Assembly: GCA_965226885.1 (NCBI GenBank)
Contig: CBDDEL010000016.1
Span: 887,195 to 951,194, forward strand
Direction: 5' to 3'
Source: Opitutales bacterium
GTDB lineage: Bacteria > Verrucomicrobiota > Verrucomicrobiia > Opitutales > UBA2987
Length of the DNA: 64,000 nt
Part shown: piece by piece, positions 28,569 to 39,579 of the stretch
Layout of the letters: each line of letters starts with the position of its first letter
How positions within the stretch are numbered: the first letter of the stretch is position 1
Translations under genes and position numbers: made by a program
The notes under the pieces: model-generated
Told to the model about the DNA's origin: nothing
Database searches by the model: none
Seen by the model: the letters and a program-made list of their open reading frames with translations, nothing else

Positions 28569-31163
28569 ATGAGAAAAAAATATTTCCCGATCGTTTTCTT
28601 GACTTGTTTTTTTTCGTTAGCTTCGGCTGCCGTTCTTTTCTCTCAGCCGCAAACGGTTCTGAGCGATGTGCACACCCTACACGCGGTTGAGTCCGACAAA
28701 TATGCGGACTTGGCCATGGATGGAAAAAACCGGCTCTGGCTGGCGGCAGTTTCCACGCTCCATAAAAAAGACCGCATAACCGTTCGCCGGTTCGATGGCA
28801 ATGAGTGGTTGCCATCCGCCATTCTTTCCTCCGGTCAAGGCGTGGAATCTGCCCCGACGTTGATTGCCGATGCAAAAGGAGACCTCCTCCTTGTCTGGCA
28901 TGCCCGGCGGGATGGCAAGTGGAGCCTCTACCAGCGCCGCCGTACCGGAAACGACAATGATTGGCAGGCGGAAAAACAGATCGGGCCAAGTCAGGGGAAC
29001 GAATTGCACCCGCAACTGTGCCTTGATCGGAATGGTCGAGTATGGCTCGCTTCGGAAAACTTCGGCGGTTCGCAAATGTCCGTTTATTTGCGTTTCTTGA
29101 TTGAGGAAAACGGAAAACGCTCCTGGAGCAGACCGATAGCGGTTTATCCCGACGGGCAGGACCGGCGGCCGGTTTTAGCCTCCAAATCCGGCGGAGGCGT
29201 CTGGATCGCCTGGGACAGCACACGAACCGGCAACTACGATGTGTTTTTAAGTTCGGCCGATGTGGCCGGAGCCGGAATCGGCAGCAAAGAGGAAATCCAT
29301 CTTGAACCTTTGGTGCAGGTTACGGCCCATGCAACTTTTGACGACACCCCCTCGTTGGCAGCCGATGCGGATTCCGGCGATCTCTGGATAGCCTGGAACT
29401 CCATGCGCGCCCATACAGGCGATACCGTGCGCACGGATCGTCATTTAGGCGATGCTTTTGTCCGCCTTTACCGCAACGGGCAATGGCTGGCGCCTCCGGA
29501 AGTGGTTCCCGATGCCCTCCCCGGACAGGCGAGTTTTGGCGCCGTCAACAAATCGCCCCATGCCGCCGTGCCGCCCAAATGGCATTGGAAGCAAACTCAA
29601 AGCTACCCGCGCGTTGTCTTGGATGAAGGGCGAAGGCTCTGGGTAATTTGGCGGACGGACGCTACGGGGGCTCACAACTTCGACCTTTTTGCCCGTGTCT
29701 ATGACAATTCATCCTGGTCGCAGGAACTTAATATAACCAGGCCGTATCTGGGAAAAGACCAGTGGCCGGCCTTTGTTCTGGACCGGAAAAAAACACTGTG
29801 GATGGCCTGGGAAGGCCAGGCCGAACCCCTCGACCCGAGTTCGCGCCCGAGCAAGGGCGATGTGGATATTTTCAACACAAAAGACCTCCCCAACAACCTG
29901 TTTGCGGGGAAATTAACCAGCCCTCCATCTGGCGTAGATTGGCTCTACGCGCCATTGAAGGCCGCTCCACCCGAAATAAATGATCCCTCCATGTCCCTGG
30001 AGCCTCCCATTCCCGGCCCGCCGCCCGGGGAGGTGAGAACTTCGGATGGTCAGTACGGCATTTATTTCGGCGATCCGCACAGCCATTCGGTTCTTTCCGA
30101 TGCTAAAATCGGGTGGCCCGATCAGATCCTCACATTGGGCCGGGATAAATATGGCCTGGATTTCGCAGTGGTTACGGATCATTCTGAAATGGGCCGTTTG
30201 CAAACCGGCCAATATGGAGAATTGCAGCTTCTGGCCAAAGTATTTACGGATCCTGGAAAATTTATAAGTTTTACCGGTTTCGAATGGACCGACGGTACTC
30301 AGAAATACGGTCACCGGGTGATTTTGTATAAGCAGGATGTAGCCCCGCATTACGGAACCAACGAACCGGGCGCCGACACCATTGAAGAACTTTACGATCA
30401 AGCCCGCGAGCATGACGGCATTATGTCCACCCACCATCCCGGGCAAGCCCGCTGGGGACGCTGGAACCCCGACAATCACGATCCCGAGGTGGAGCCCAAT
30501 TTCGAGATCGCCTCCTGGCATGGCCGCTTCGAGTATTACAGCAACCCCTGGCAAGGACGCCGCCAGGTACCCGGACACCAGTATCAGGATGCCTTGCGAA
30601 GGGGTTACAGGGTCGGCGTCATGGGCGCCAGCGACACCCACCATCTGATTCCCGGTCAGGGAGGCTTAACCGCAGTATTGGCCGAAAAGCTGGATCGGGA
30701 ATCCATTTTCGAGGCGGTGCGCAGCCGCCGCATCTATGCGACCAGCGGCGAGAAGATCGTCCTCGAGTTTTCCATCAACGGTCAGCCCATGGGTTCGGAA
30801 TTGGCCGGGGTTAACCGTTTGCGCTTAAAAGTTACCGTAAAGGGGACCGATGCCATCGACCGGATTGAAATCGTAAAAGATTTGATCGATACCTTTGCCG
30901 CCGTTCGTGTGGAGCAGAATCCCGATAACGCGGAAGGAGCCTTTGTGCTTTACGATGCGGCCAAACCAGCGGGCGGGGAACTCCTGCCATTGGCGGATAC
31001 CAGCCGTTTAAACTTTGCCATGCAGGACGAGATAACCGATTCCGAAATACACAGCTACTATTTGCGCGTGACCCAAGACAATGCGGAGCAAGCCTGGTCC
31101 AGCCCTATCTGGGTGACGGCTCAGCCTGAGATGCCTCCGCAAGTCAGAAGATTGGGCAATTAA
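28569..31163 (+). CDS. Secreted protein with an N-terminal beta-propeller-like repeat region and a PHP-like metallohydrolase domain (CehA/McbA/DUF3604-like)
   Basis: Signal peptide; repeated P.L..D..G..W.AW blades; GDPHSHS..SD, VTDH, GFEWT, GASDTH and AWSSPIWV motifs. Confidence 0.75.
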   Translation: MRKKYFPIVFLTCFFSLASAAVLFSQPQTVLSDVHTLHAVESDKYADLAMDGKNRLWLAAVSTLHKKDRITVRRFDGNEWLPSAILSSGQGVESAPTLIADAKGDLLLVWHARRDGKWSLYQRRRTGNDNDWQAEKQIGPSQGNELHPQLCLDRNGRVWLASENFGGSQMSVYLRFLIEENGKRSWSRPIAVYPDGQDRRPVLASKSGGGVWIAWDSTRTGNYDVFLSSADVAGAGIGSKEEIHLEPLVQVTAHATFDDTPSLAADADSGDLWIAWNSMRAHTGDTVRTDRHLGDAFVRLYRNGQWLAPPEVVPDALPGQASFGAVNKSPHAAVPPKWHWKQTQSYPRVVLDEGRRLWVIWRTDATGAHNFDLFARVYDNSSWSQELNITRPYLGKDQWPAFVLDRKKTLWMAWEGQAEPLDPSSRPSKGDVDIFNTKDLPNNLFAGKLTSPPSGVDWLYAPLKAAPPEINDPSMSLEPPIPGPPPGEVRTSDGQYGIYFGDPHSHSVLSDAKIGWPDQILTLGRDKYGLDFAVVTDHSEMGRLQTGQYGELQLLAKVFTDPGKFISFTGFEWTDGTQKYGHRVILYKQDVAPHYGTNEPGADTIEELYDQAREHDGIMSTHHPGQARWGRWNPDNHDPEVEPNFEIASWHGRFEYYSNPWQGRRQVPGHQYQDALRRGYRVGVMGASDTHHLIPGQGGLTAVLAEKLDRESIFEAVRSRRIYATSGEKIVLEFSINGQPMGSELAGVNRLRLKVTVKGTDAIDRIEIVKDLIDTFAAVRVEQNPDNAEGAFVLYDAAKPAGGELLPLADTSRLNFAMQDEITDSEIHSYYLRVTQDNAEQAWSSPIWVTAQPEMPPQVRRLGN

Positions 31164-32730
31164 ACGGTGCTATCGGCCGTGATCATATCGGGCGGCACGG
31201 TGGAAAGGCCTTCCATTATGGTGGAAAGGCCTTCTTTCGCCTTCAGCAAAGTGTCCTGGTGGAGGGACTTCATGCCGGTCTGCATGGCAATGCGTTTCAA
31301 CACGGCCGTTTCCACTTTCTGGTTGATACCCTTGGTTAATTCCTCGCTGTTGGTCATCAACTCATGAACGCCGACACGGCCTTTGTAGCCGATGCCTCCG
31401 CACATGGGGCAACCCCCTCCCTCTGGCACACGATATATTTCGCCGCACCAGCCCTCAAGGGCTTTTTCAATGATTTCTTTTTCACTGTCAACCGGGGTGT
31501 AAGCCTCTTTGCAGTTTTTACAGACCCGGCGCATGAGGCGCTGAGCGCAAACCACCAGCAGGGAAGCTGAGATCATAAACGGTTCGATGCCCATGTCATC
31601 GAATCGGGCGATGGTGCTGGGGGCATCATTGGTATGCAGGGTGCTCAGCATCAAGTGGCCCGTGAGGGCTGCCTCGATAGCGATTTCGGCCGTCTCCTGG
31701 TCACGAATTTCCCCCACCAGAATAACGTCCGGGTCCATGCGGAGATAACAACGCAGGGCGGCCGCAAAGGTGAGGCCGATCTCTTTTTTCATTTGCATCT
31801 GGTTGATGCCGGAAAGGGTGTACTCGATCGGGTCTTCGGCCGTTTGCACATTGATTCCCGGGTGAGCCACTTCGCCCAAGGCCGCGAACAAGGTCATCGA
31901 TTTGCCCGAACCGGTCGGGCCACAGTGCAGCAGCATTCCGTAGGGCAAGGTTATTTGCTTGCGGTAGCGGGTCAGGTTTTCTTCGGAAAATCCCAGTGCC
32001 GTAATGGGCAGGGTCGATTTGCCTTTGTCAAGAATACGCATGACAACCTTTTCCCCGAAATTCATCGGGCCGGTGGCCACACGAAGGTCGATGTTCATAT
32101 TCTTTTTGGTGAATTTCTTAAATACAATACGCCCATCCTGGGGCAGCCGTTTTTCCGCGATATCCAGATCGGCCATGATTTTGAGACGCGCCACCAAACC
32201 TCCGCCCACCTGTTTGGGCAATCTAAGCTTTTCCGCGCAAATGCCGTCCACGCGGTAGCGAATGAGCAAATCGTTTTCCTGCGGCTCAATGTGAATATCA
32301 CTGGCGCCGCAGATATAGGCATCCTCGACAATCCGGTTGGCCATTTGAATGATAGGGGCCGACTCTTCGTCATCCGCATCTTCAGCGCTGATTCCCCCGA
32401 CCTCACCTCCGGTGTCGTATTCAGCGCCCAGCACATCGACCAGTTCCGACATATCCCCTTCTTCAACGACGGGGGCGGAGGTATCCTCCTTGAAATACTT
32501 TTTCATCAGGGTTTCGACCAAAGAAGCGGGCGCCACTGCGATTTCATCGACCTGCAAATCGGTGGCGACGAAAAAGCTCTCCCGTCTCTGGTAATCAAGA
32601 GGGTTGGGCATGAGAACCGCCACACTGGTAGGTGTAATCCGCTTGTAGGGGAAAATGCCTTCGCGCCGGATAATGGCATCGCCCACCACTTTGATGTGCA
32701 CTGGAAAAAGTGGACACGAGATTCTCCTAA

Positions 32731-33042
32731 ATGGAGAATCGAAGCATGGGAAGAAGACGCTTTAGTATAGAGTTCAAAAATGAGGCAGTTCAACTGATGA
32801 TACTCGATGGTCTGAGCGCCACCGAGGTATCGACCAAACTTGGGGTCAACACCAACCAATTGTATAGGTGGAAGAGGCTCTATCTGGACGATCAGCAGGG
32901 CGAAGCCACCTCAAAGCGACAGAGCAGTCCGAAGGAGATGGCGGCCGAGATAGATCGTCTTCGCAAAGAGCTGCGCCGCTCGGAGCGGATCAACCAGATA
33001 CTAAAAAAAACGGTGGGCTACTTTGCCAAGGACGAACAATGA
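32731..33042 (+). CDS. IS3 transposase OrfA
   Basis: [13 protein letters not shown] helix-turn-helix plus leucine zipper; A8C slippery site near 33003. Confidence 0.88.
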   Translation: MENRSMGRRRFSIEFKNEAVQLMILDGLSATEVSTKLGVNTNQLYRWKRLYLDDQQGEATSKRQSSPKEMAAEIDRLRKELRRSERINQILKKTVGYFAKDEQ

Positions 33043-33956
33043 AGTACCAGTTTGTCAAAGACAACGAGGGGCGCTTCAAGATCGAGGAAATATGCTCGGC
33101 GATGGGGATTTGTCGCAGTGGCTATTACTGCTGGAGGCACCGAGCGCCCTCGGCCCGGCGGATCGAGGACGAGGGAATCAAGGGGGCGATCCTGAAGGTA
33201 CACAAAGAGGCCAAGGGCCGCTATGGGCATCGGCCAATGCACCGCCATCTGAAGGATGATGAGGGCATCGATTGCGGCCGTGACCGGGCTCTGCGTCTGA
33301 TGCGTGAAATGGGAATCAAAAGCACCCAGAGTAAACGCTTTAAGCCATTAAAAACCAACAGTAACCATCCCTATGGTTACAGCCCCAATGTGCTTAAAAA
33401 GCATGGCCAGCCGACCCATATCGACGAGGTCTGGGTGGCGGACACGACCTACCTACGGACCCTGGCCGGTTGGATGTACTTGGCCACGGTGATGGACCTG
33501 TTCAGCCGACGCCTGCTGGGCTGGAGCGTTTCCAACCACAACGACGCGAAGCTGGTTGGCAAGGCCCTCAAAGCCGCGGCCATGACCCGCGGCACACTGC
33601 GCACCGGGATTATTCATCACAGCGATCGGGGCAGCCCCTACGCCAGCGACGACTATCAGAGGCTGGTCTCTGAACTAGGCATGAAGCCGAGCATGAGCGC
33701 CCAAGGCAACTGCTACGACAACGCGGCCATGGAATCGTTCTACGGCCGCTTCAAGACCAGCACGATTCGAGGCCGCCACTTTGCCGACGAGCGCGAACTG
33801 CGATCAACTGTCTTCGAATACGTGGAAATCTTCTACAACCGATATCGCAAACATTCCTCTCTGAGTTACCAAAGCCCAGTCCAATTCGAGGAAAATATTT
33901 GCCCCCCATGGGGGGCAACGAGAAAACAAAACCCTTTACCAAAACAAGCCGCCTGA
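33039..33956 (+). CDS. IS3 transposase OrfB (DDE integrase core)
   Basis: WVADTTY, DLFSRR, HHSDRGS and GNCYDNAAMESF motifs. Confidence 0.9.
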   Translation: MKYQFVKDNEGRFKIEEICSAMGICRSGYYCWRHRAPSARRIEDEGIKGAILKVHKEAKGRYGHRPMHRHLKDDEGIDCGRDRALRLMREMGIKSTQSKRFKPLKTNSNHPYGYSPNVLKKHGQPTHIDEVWVADTTYLRTLAGWMYLATVMDLFSRRLLGWSVSNHNDAKLVGKALKAAAMTRGTLRTGIIHHSDRGSPYASDDYQRLVSELGMKPSMSAQGNCYDNAAMESFYGRFKTSTIRGRHFADERELRSTVFEYVEIFYNRYRKHSSLSYQSPVQFEENICPPWGATRKQNPLPKQAA

Positions 33957-34671
33957 CACACTAATCAATAAACAATGAATATAAGAGAATCCCGTGTCCA
34001 ACAAATCCAGTACACGTCATTCAAGGGAACCGTGAGCATGGATGAAACCTCAAAACCAGTGTCTTTGGCCATAGAGAACATAGCGTCGCCATCTTGCGAA
34101 AGGCTGAAAAATACTGCCTCCCCGTCCTCAATGACCTTACCCACAACCCCGGAGCCGAGCGGGATCTTCAACTCCAACAATACCTCCCTTTTGGTTTCAA
34201 ATTCATCCTCCCGTTCGGGGGCATCATCCCAGAGGGTCGGAGAATAGTAAACGTGTTTGAAAGCGATCTCTTTTCCCTCGATCAAATAAAGCGTCATGGA
34301 TTGCGCATGAAGCGTCTCTACCACCTTGCTGGAAGTCAGCTCAATGACCGAGCTTACGTCCTCCCTGCTGGGTTGAGGTTTTGATATAACTTTGAGTAGA
34401 AGGGTTCTACGAAGTGTTCCTGAAATGCCCTATGTTGCGATCATAGTTGAGTCCTCGAATTGCGGGTAAATTATGGTTACATCGCCTTCATCAGTCCGAT
34501 CAAATTTGGCGGGGCTCTTCCTCCGAGAAGAGTTGCCAATTAGTTACTAAGTAAATCATTCTAATAAATCCACGCATATTTCAACCATAAAAACTGCGCC
34601 AGATTCCGCTTCTGGGTTTTTTACAATTTTGTAAATTGATAAATTTCAGCATCATTAATTTATTTGCGGGT

Positions 34672-35091
34672 ATGTTTAAGAAAAAAGACCTCTTTTTGAA
34701 ATCCCGTCCCCAAATTGGAGCTTTTGGAGAGGAAAGGGTTGCCCGGCATATCAAGACCCAATTGAAGATGCGCATTGTTTGCCGCAATTGGAGGGGAAAA
34801 AAGGGGGAGATCGACATAATTGCATGGGACGGACCCGTAATGGTCTTCATCGAAGTGCGCACCCGCCATAAACGCGCGCTGGTTCCAGGCTATCAAAGCG
34901 TAAGACGAAAAAAGAAACGAGCCCTGCATACGGTTTGCAAGGAGTACCTGGAGTCGTTAAGGACGCCACCGAAAGTTTTCCGTTTCGACATTGGCGAGGT
35001 TCGGTTTTGCCATAGCGAAGATTTTACTATCAACTATTATTCAAATATTCCCCTCTTTTCCCGCCATTATCGAGCCGGATTTAAAAACTGA
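34672..35091 (+). CDS. yraN: YraN family protein
   Basis: GAFGEE...RNWRGKKGEIDIIA...VFIEVRTR...RFDI. Confidence 0.85.
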   Translation: MFKKKDLFLKSRPQIGAFGEERVARHIKTQLKMRIVCRNWRGKKGEIDIIAWDGPVMVFIEVRTRHKRALVPGYQSVRRKKKRALHTVCKEYLESLRTPPKVFRFDIGEVRFCHSEDFTINYYSNIPLFSRHYRAGFKN

Positions 35092-36641
35092 TGACTGAAG
35101 AAAAAGCGCGGCATCCATTTTTAGAGGGCCTCAGCCGGCATCGCGGCGCCCCACCCACAATTATTGTCATTTTTGGCGCTTCCGGCGACCTTATGCGGCG
35201 CAAACTGATGCCCAGCCTCTACAACCTTTGCGTCGATAATTTGCTCCCGGTGGATTTTCTCCTCATCGGCTGCGGGCGCAAGCCTTTGAGCGACGACCGG
35301 TTCCGGCAATTCGCCCGGGAGGCCGTGGCCGAACATGCCAGAAATCCTCTTATCGAGGATAGCTGGAATCCATTGGCCGAAAAAATATACTATCAGACCG
35401 GCAACTACGACGACCCGGAAACCTACCAGGCCATTGCTCAAAAAATTGAAACCCTCGAACAAAAGACTTCCCGCCGATATCACTTGTTGTTTTACATTTC
35501 CACCCCGCCATCGGTTTTCAAACCGATCCTGGAAAATCTTGGCCGCAGCGGGCTCTCCCGCGAGTCCGGCCCCTATGGGCGCAGCGCCGCTGTAATCGTG
35601 GAAAAACCCTTTGGTCGCGATTTGGCTTCCGCCCGGGAATTGAATAAAGTCATCACCAGAGAGTTTGCCGAAAAGCAGGTCTATCGCATCGATCACTATC
35701 TGGGCAAAGAAACCGTGCAGGATTTACTAGTACAGCGATTCGCCAACTCCATCTTCGAGCCCATCTGGAACCGACGCTACGTCGATTGTGTGCAAATAAC
35801 GGTGGCCGAAGATATTGGCGTGGGGGAGCGGGCGGGATACTACGATCAAAGCGGGGCCCTCCGCGATATGATACAAAATCATACCATGCAACTGCTTGCT
35901 CTCACCGCCATGGAGCCGCCAGTTTCCCTCCAGGCCGAGGCCATCCGGGACGAAAAGGTAAAAGTGCTCCAGGCCATTCAACCCCTCAAATTAAGCGCCG
36001 ATGGCGGCGAAGCGGTGCGGGCCCAATTTACCGAAGGGATTGTCGGCGGGCGCAAGGTGAACGCTTATAGGCAGGCCCCGGGTGTACCCCCCACCTCATT
36101 TACCGAGTCCTATGCCGCCCTCCGGCTATTTATCAACAACTGGCGCTGGCAGGGCGTCCCATTTTACCTTCGTTCGGGCAAGCGTATGGCTCGCAAAGTG
36201 AGCGAAATAAGCGTCCACTTCAAACGACCTCCGGGCGTTCTGTTCACCGAGGAGGACAAGTTCGATGTGGCCGCCAACACCATGGTTATCCGCATTCAGC
36301 CCGATGAAGGGGTCATGCTCTTGCTCAACTCGAAAATACCCGGTCTGGAAACACGCACCCAGCCGGTGAAAATGCATTTTCGTTATGCCGCCACTTACGG
36401 CTCAAATACGCCCGAGGCCTATGAACGGCTCCTCCTTGATGCCATCACAGGAGACGCCACCCTTTTTATTCGCGGCGATGAAACAGAAGCCTCCTGGAAG
36501 ATCATGACGCCCATTCTGGAATACTGGCAGGAATGCCGTAAAAGAGGACTGGAAACCTACGTGGCCGGCTCCTGGGGACCCCTTGCGGCGGAACGTCTTC
36601 TTTGGGACTACGGGCACCAATGGCGGCGTTCGGGTTTCTGA
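35091..36641 (+). CDS. zwf: Glucose-6-phosphate dehydrogenase
   Basis: GASGDL, VEKPFGRD, RIDHYLGKE and GVPFYLRSGK motifs. Confidence 0.97.
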   Translation: MTEEKARHPFLEGLSRHRGAPPTIIVIFGASGDLMRRKLMPSLYNLCVDNLLPVDFLLIGCGRKPLSDDRFRQFAREAVAEHARNPLIEDSWNPLAEKIYYQTGNYDDPETYQAIAQKIETLEQKTSRRYHLLFYISTPPSVFKPILENLGRSGLSRESGPYGRSAAVIVEKPFGRDLASARELNKVITREFAEKQVYRIDHYLGKETVQDLLVQRFANSIFEPIWNRRYVDCVQITVAEDIGVGERAGYYDQSGALRDMIQNHTMQLLALTAMEPPVSLQAEAIRDEKVKVLQAIQPLKLSADGGEAVRAQFTEGIVGGRKVNAYRQAPGVPPTSFTESYAALRLFINNWRWQGVPFYLRSGKRMARKVSEISVHFKRPPGVLFTEEDKFDVAANTMVIRIQPDEGVMLLLNSKIPGLETRTQPVKMHFRYAATYGSNTPEAYERLLLDAITGDATLFIRGDETEASWKIMTPILEYWQECRKRGLETYVAGSWGPLAAERLLWDYGHQWRRSGF

Positions 36642-36689
36642 TTTTTTGCTCACGCTGTTCAAATTTGATCGGAAAAATGGAAAACTAAC

Positions 36690-37694
36690 ATGGAAGCCTT
36701 AATCGACATCATGCCGGGCATGAGAATGCCGGTGGCGGAAGTCATTCCGACTTTGGCTCAAATGTGGCGCTCGGATCAGCCCGCAGATATAGAAAATCCT
36801 GTCGCATTCCATGCCTCCAAGGTAAATTTAATTCTGCACTTCGGGCTGGAAACCTCTGGTCAAGAAGCTTTGCGGATTTTCGACATAGCCTGTCGGTTTG
36901 CCATTAATCACCCCTCCCGGATTATTGTCCTGTGCCCCGTTGAATCGTATCGCGGGGAAGAAATCCTCCAGGGGAAGCTCTTCAGTCAATGTTTCCTCGG
37001 CCCCGGAAAAGGAAATGTATCCTGCTGCGATGCGCTCATTCTCGGTTATCCTACCACCGAATCGGGCTTTCTGGAAGACCTGGTATCGATTTGGCTCGAC
37101 AGCGATCTGCCCACCTATCTGTGGTTTCACCGGGTTCCAGTGCGGGCCATCAATGAATATTACCTCTCCTTTGTCGAAGATTTCCGCCGTGTGGTTTTCG
37201 ACACTTCCATCGAGCTTGACAGCTACGACCGTATTAACTGGCCCGCCCTGGTTTACCCCAAAGATCTGGCCTATGTGCGCACTCTGCCCTTCCGTCAATC
37301 CATGGGCCAGTTTTTGAGCCGGTTTGAACCGGCCACCCTTGTCGATGGGCTCCGTGCGGTAGTCATTCAGCACAAACCTGCCTTGGAGGGAGAGGCGGGG
37401 GGGGTTCTACGCTGGCAAAGTTCCTGCCTGGATGCCTGCGGTTTCCAATTGGCGGGGAAAAACTCCACCCATGAAAAATCCTTCGTCTGCGATCTTCTGG
37501 AGGAAGAAGACCCCAATCAGTTGCAAGTTAACTGGGTTTATCAGGATGAGAAGAAGTTTTTTTCCTGGCGTTATTCATCTCAGGACAATACGGCCCGCAT
37601 TGAGGCCGAATTTGGGTCAGGCGGGCATGATCTGCACACACCCCTGAATCTCCTCAAACAGGAAGCAGTTCTTGCCGAGGCGCTCTTTTTTTAG
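36690..37694 (+). CDS. opcA: OpcA-like glucose-6-phosphate dehydrogenase assembly protein
   Basis: Directly downstream of zwf; HPSRIIVL, SDLPTYLW, RVVFDTS and DLAYVRTLPFRQ motifs. Confidence 0.7.
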   Translation: MEALIDIMPGMRMPVAEVIPTLAQMWRSDQPADIENPVAFHASKVNLILHFGLETSGQEALRIFDIACRFAINHPSRIIVLCPVESYRGEEILQGKLFSQCFLGPGKGNVSCCDALILGYPTTESGFLEDLVSIWLDSDLPTYLWFHRVPVRAINEYYLSFVEDFRRVVFDTSIELDSYDRINWPALVYPKDLAYVRTLPFRQSMGQFLSRFEPATLVDGLRAVVIQHKPALEGEAGGVLRWQSSCLDACGFQLAGKNSTHEKSFVCDLLEEEDPNQLQVNWVYQDEKKFFSWRYSSQDNTARIEAEFGSGGHDLHTPLNLLKQEAVLAEALFF

Positions 37695-37822
37695 TCGGGC
37701 AATGGGCCTGGAGCTTTCCTCCAACAGGTTTTCACAAAGTGAGCCTAAATTTCTATTTGGTTTGACCGACTTCTTTTTTAACTTCGAACAGGCGGAGTCA
37801 TTCAATTTTCAGGAATCGCACA

Positions 37823-38122
37823 ATGAACGAATCTTCTACCATTGCCCTAAATTTCAGCACCACCGAAGCCAAGGAATTGTTACCCTTGGTAGAGACTTTG
37901 CTTAAAAATAACACCAGCGGTGGTGAAGACTACCAGGATGAGGAATTGATTACCCGCTGCTTGTGGGAAAACGACCCTGAAACCTACCCCGAGCGCAAGC
38001 GGGAATACCACGCTTTATACGGCAGAGTCACTTTTGCCGAGGCCGAGAGGGAATACCGCTACCTTTCCTTTATGGCAAAGGTTTACTGGAAACTGCTCAT
38101 CGCCTCCCGCTGCCAGGATTGA
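37823..38122 (+). CDS. Hypothetical protein
   Basis: 99-aa ORF with AGGA RBS filling the intergenic gap; no recognisable motif. Confidence 0.55.
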   Translation: MNESSTIALNFSTTEAKELLPLVETLLKNNTSGGEDYQDEELITRCLWENDPETYPERKREYHALYGRVTFAEAEREYRYLSFMAKVYWKLLIASRCQD

Positions 38123-38184
38123 ATGCCGAAACAAGGGCCTAGGGCTCAAGAGCCAACTTCAGCGTTCTTATTAAAATATCAGGC

Positions 38185-38415
38185 CTAAGCCTTATTAATT
38201 TTGCCGGCCTTGATGGCCTTGGTGCAGACCCACAACCTCTTCACCTGCCCGCTGGCCAGGCGAACCCGCACACGCTGTAAATTGGGTCTGAAAGTCCGCT
38301 TAACCACCTTGGTTACGTGCATGCCGATGCCGCCTCTCTTTTTAGCCTGCCCCTTGCGATGGATACGGCTGCCCCGATGGGGGCGTTTACCTGTTATTGC
38401 GCATATTCTGGCCAT
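38185..38415 (-). CDS. rpmB: 50S ribosomal protein L28
   Basis: MARICAITGKRP...KRTFRPNLQ...KAGKI. Confidence 0.95.
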   Translation of the reverse strand: MARICAITGKRPHRGSRIHRKGQAKKRGGIGMHVTKVVKRTFRPNLQRVRVRLASGQVKRLWVCTKAIKAGKINKA

Positions 38416-38550
38416 TGACGTGTCCTTTATATAAGTGGAAAAGGGCTGGAATTTACGTTTTCCCCAAACCTTGGCAAGCTTTTTATATATGAGAGTTTTC
38501 AGGTGCCAGAGCCCGGCACATTTTGGCCTCTGTCTCCTGTCATCTGTCTT

Positions 38551-39549
38551 CTATTTCCGTTTCGTTCCAAACAAAACCTGAAAGACCCTTCCCATCTGAT
38601 TGGGATGGAGGATTTCCCTGAGGGCATTGCGGGAGGCATCGAATCGCCCGGGAGCATGGTAGATAATTTTACCCAGCTCCTCTTCAGCCCAGTGCATGAA
38701 AAAGGATTCCTGGGATTCCAACCCGATCCGCGACAATCCGTTTTCCTTCATGACCGTATTGAGCCGGTCCCAGCAGAGATGGCAGGTCAGGTCCTGTTCT
38801 CCCGGACGGTCCAACAAGTTGGCCTGCTGCTCATGATTACGATAAGCCCGGGCCGTTCCCTTGGGGTGCAAATTAAGGAGTTCCTCCCAGGATTTTCCGT
38901 AATCGAAAGTGAGAAAAAGCCCCTTCCAGCTACTTCTTAAAACGTCGCTCAGCAGACTTTCGGCTTCCAGGGACAAATCCATAGTGTAGCCTTCGGCGGT
39001 ATTCACAGGTAGTTCAGAAATAATCTTTTGTGATTCAGCCCCGGGTTCCCGCAAATAAGTTTCAGCCAAAACGTCACCTTCCACCAGCACTCCTATTTCC
39101 CTCCACTCTCCACTGGTAAACCGCAACCGAATAAAAGGCTGGGCATCGAGCCACTCATTGGAAAAAACAACCGCTTTCTCCGGCAATTGTATTGCATCGC
39201 CCAGGCGGAAAACCTTCGTTTGCGCAAAAGGGTTATCGACGTTTTCCAAAATTGCTTTTCCCGGTTCCGCCCCGATCTCCACAAAAGCGTAGTCCCCCGG
39301 TGGCTTAGGGTGCAGCAGTTTTGTCGCCGCCGCCACCACCAGTCGTCCGAAAACAGGACCCTGTGTGGTGGAAGTGTAAAAATCGGTCTTCGGTCCACGC
39401 CCCACCCGCAAGGCTTCCTTCTGATAATAGCCGATCTCCGGGGCATAAAGAACGTGCCGAACGAAATTCGCGAATGATAGCACACTACTTTCCCCGGCCA
39501 TATCCCGAAGATAGCCGAGCATGGCTGCTTTTTTCATGCGCGAAGTCAT
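38551..39549 (-). CDS. SAM-dependent methyltransferase, MidA/NDUFAF7 family
   Basis: LYAPEIGYY, DFYTS, VEIGA, SNEWLDA, FDYG and PGEQDLTCH motifs. Confidence 0.87.
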   Translation of the reverse strand: MTSRMKKAAMLGYLRDMAGESSVLSFANFVRHVLYAPEIGYYQKEALRVGRGPKTDFYTSTTQGPVFGRLVVAAATKLLHPKPPGDYAFVEIGAEPGKAILENVDNPFAQTKVFRLGDAIQLPEKAVVFSNEWLDAQPFIRLRFTSGEWREIGVLVEGDVLAETYLREPGAESQKIISELPVNTAEGYTMDLSLEAESLLSDVLRSSWKGLFLTFDYGKSWEELLNLHPKGTARAYRNHEQQANLLDRPGEQDLTCHLCWDRLNTVMKENGLSRIGLESQESFFMHWAEEELGKIIYHAPGRFDASRNALREILHPNQMGRVFQVLFGTKRK

Positions 39550-39579
39550 CTCAATTGTTTTTCGATCTTTGCGATTTTC

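Larger units (their letters stand above)
32692..34019 (+). mobile_element. IS3 family insertion sequence
   Basis: 35-bp imperfect inverted repeats TGATGTGCACTGG...GGACACGAGATTCTC with TG...CA ends; no target duplication. Confidence 0.92.
31160..34444 (-). pseudogene. pilB: GAF-domain GspE/PilB-type secretion ATPase, disrupted (early stop, IS3 insertion, internal deletion)
   Basis: C-terminal part 31160-32691 has [31 protein letters not shown] and STLHTND. N-terminal part 34020-34444 reads MIAT*GISGTLRRTLLLKVISKP... with a partial GAF domain. Confidence 0.85.

Noticed and set aside
31199..31234. GGTGGAAAGGCCTTC repeated with a 21-bp period
   Set aside because: It encodes EGLST twice in the ATPase C-terminal helix, with no sign of separate function.
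33965..34324. Stand-alone 119-aa GAF protein
   Set aside because: It is a fragment of the disrupted pilB-like gene reading into the IS3 end.
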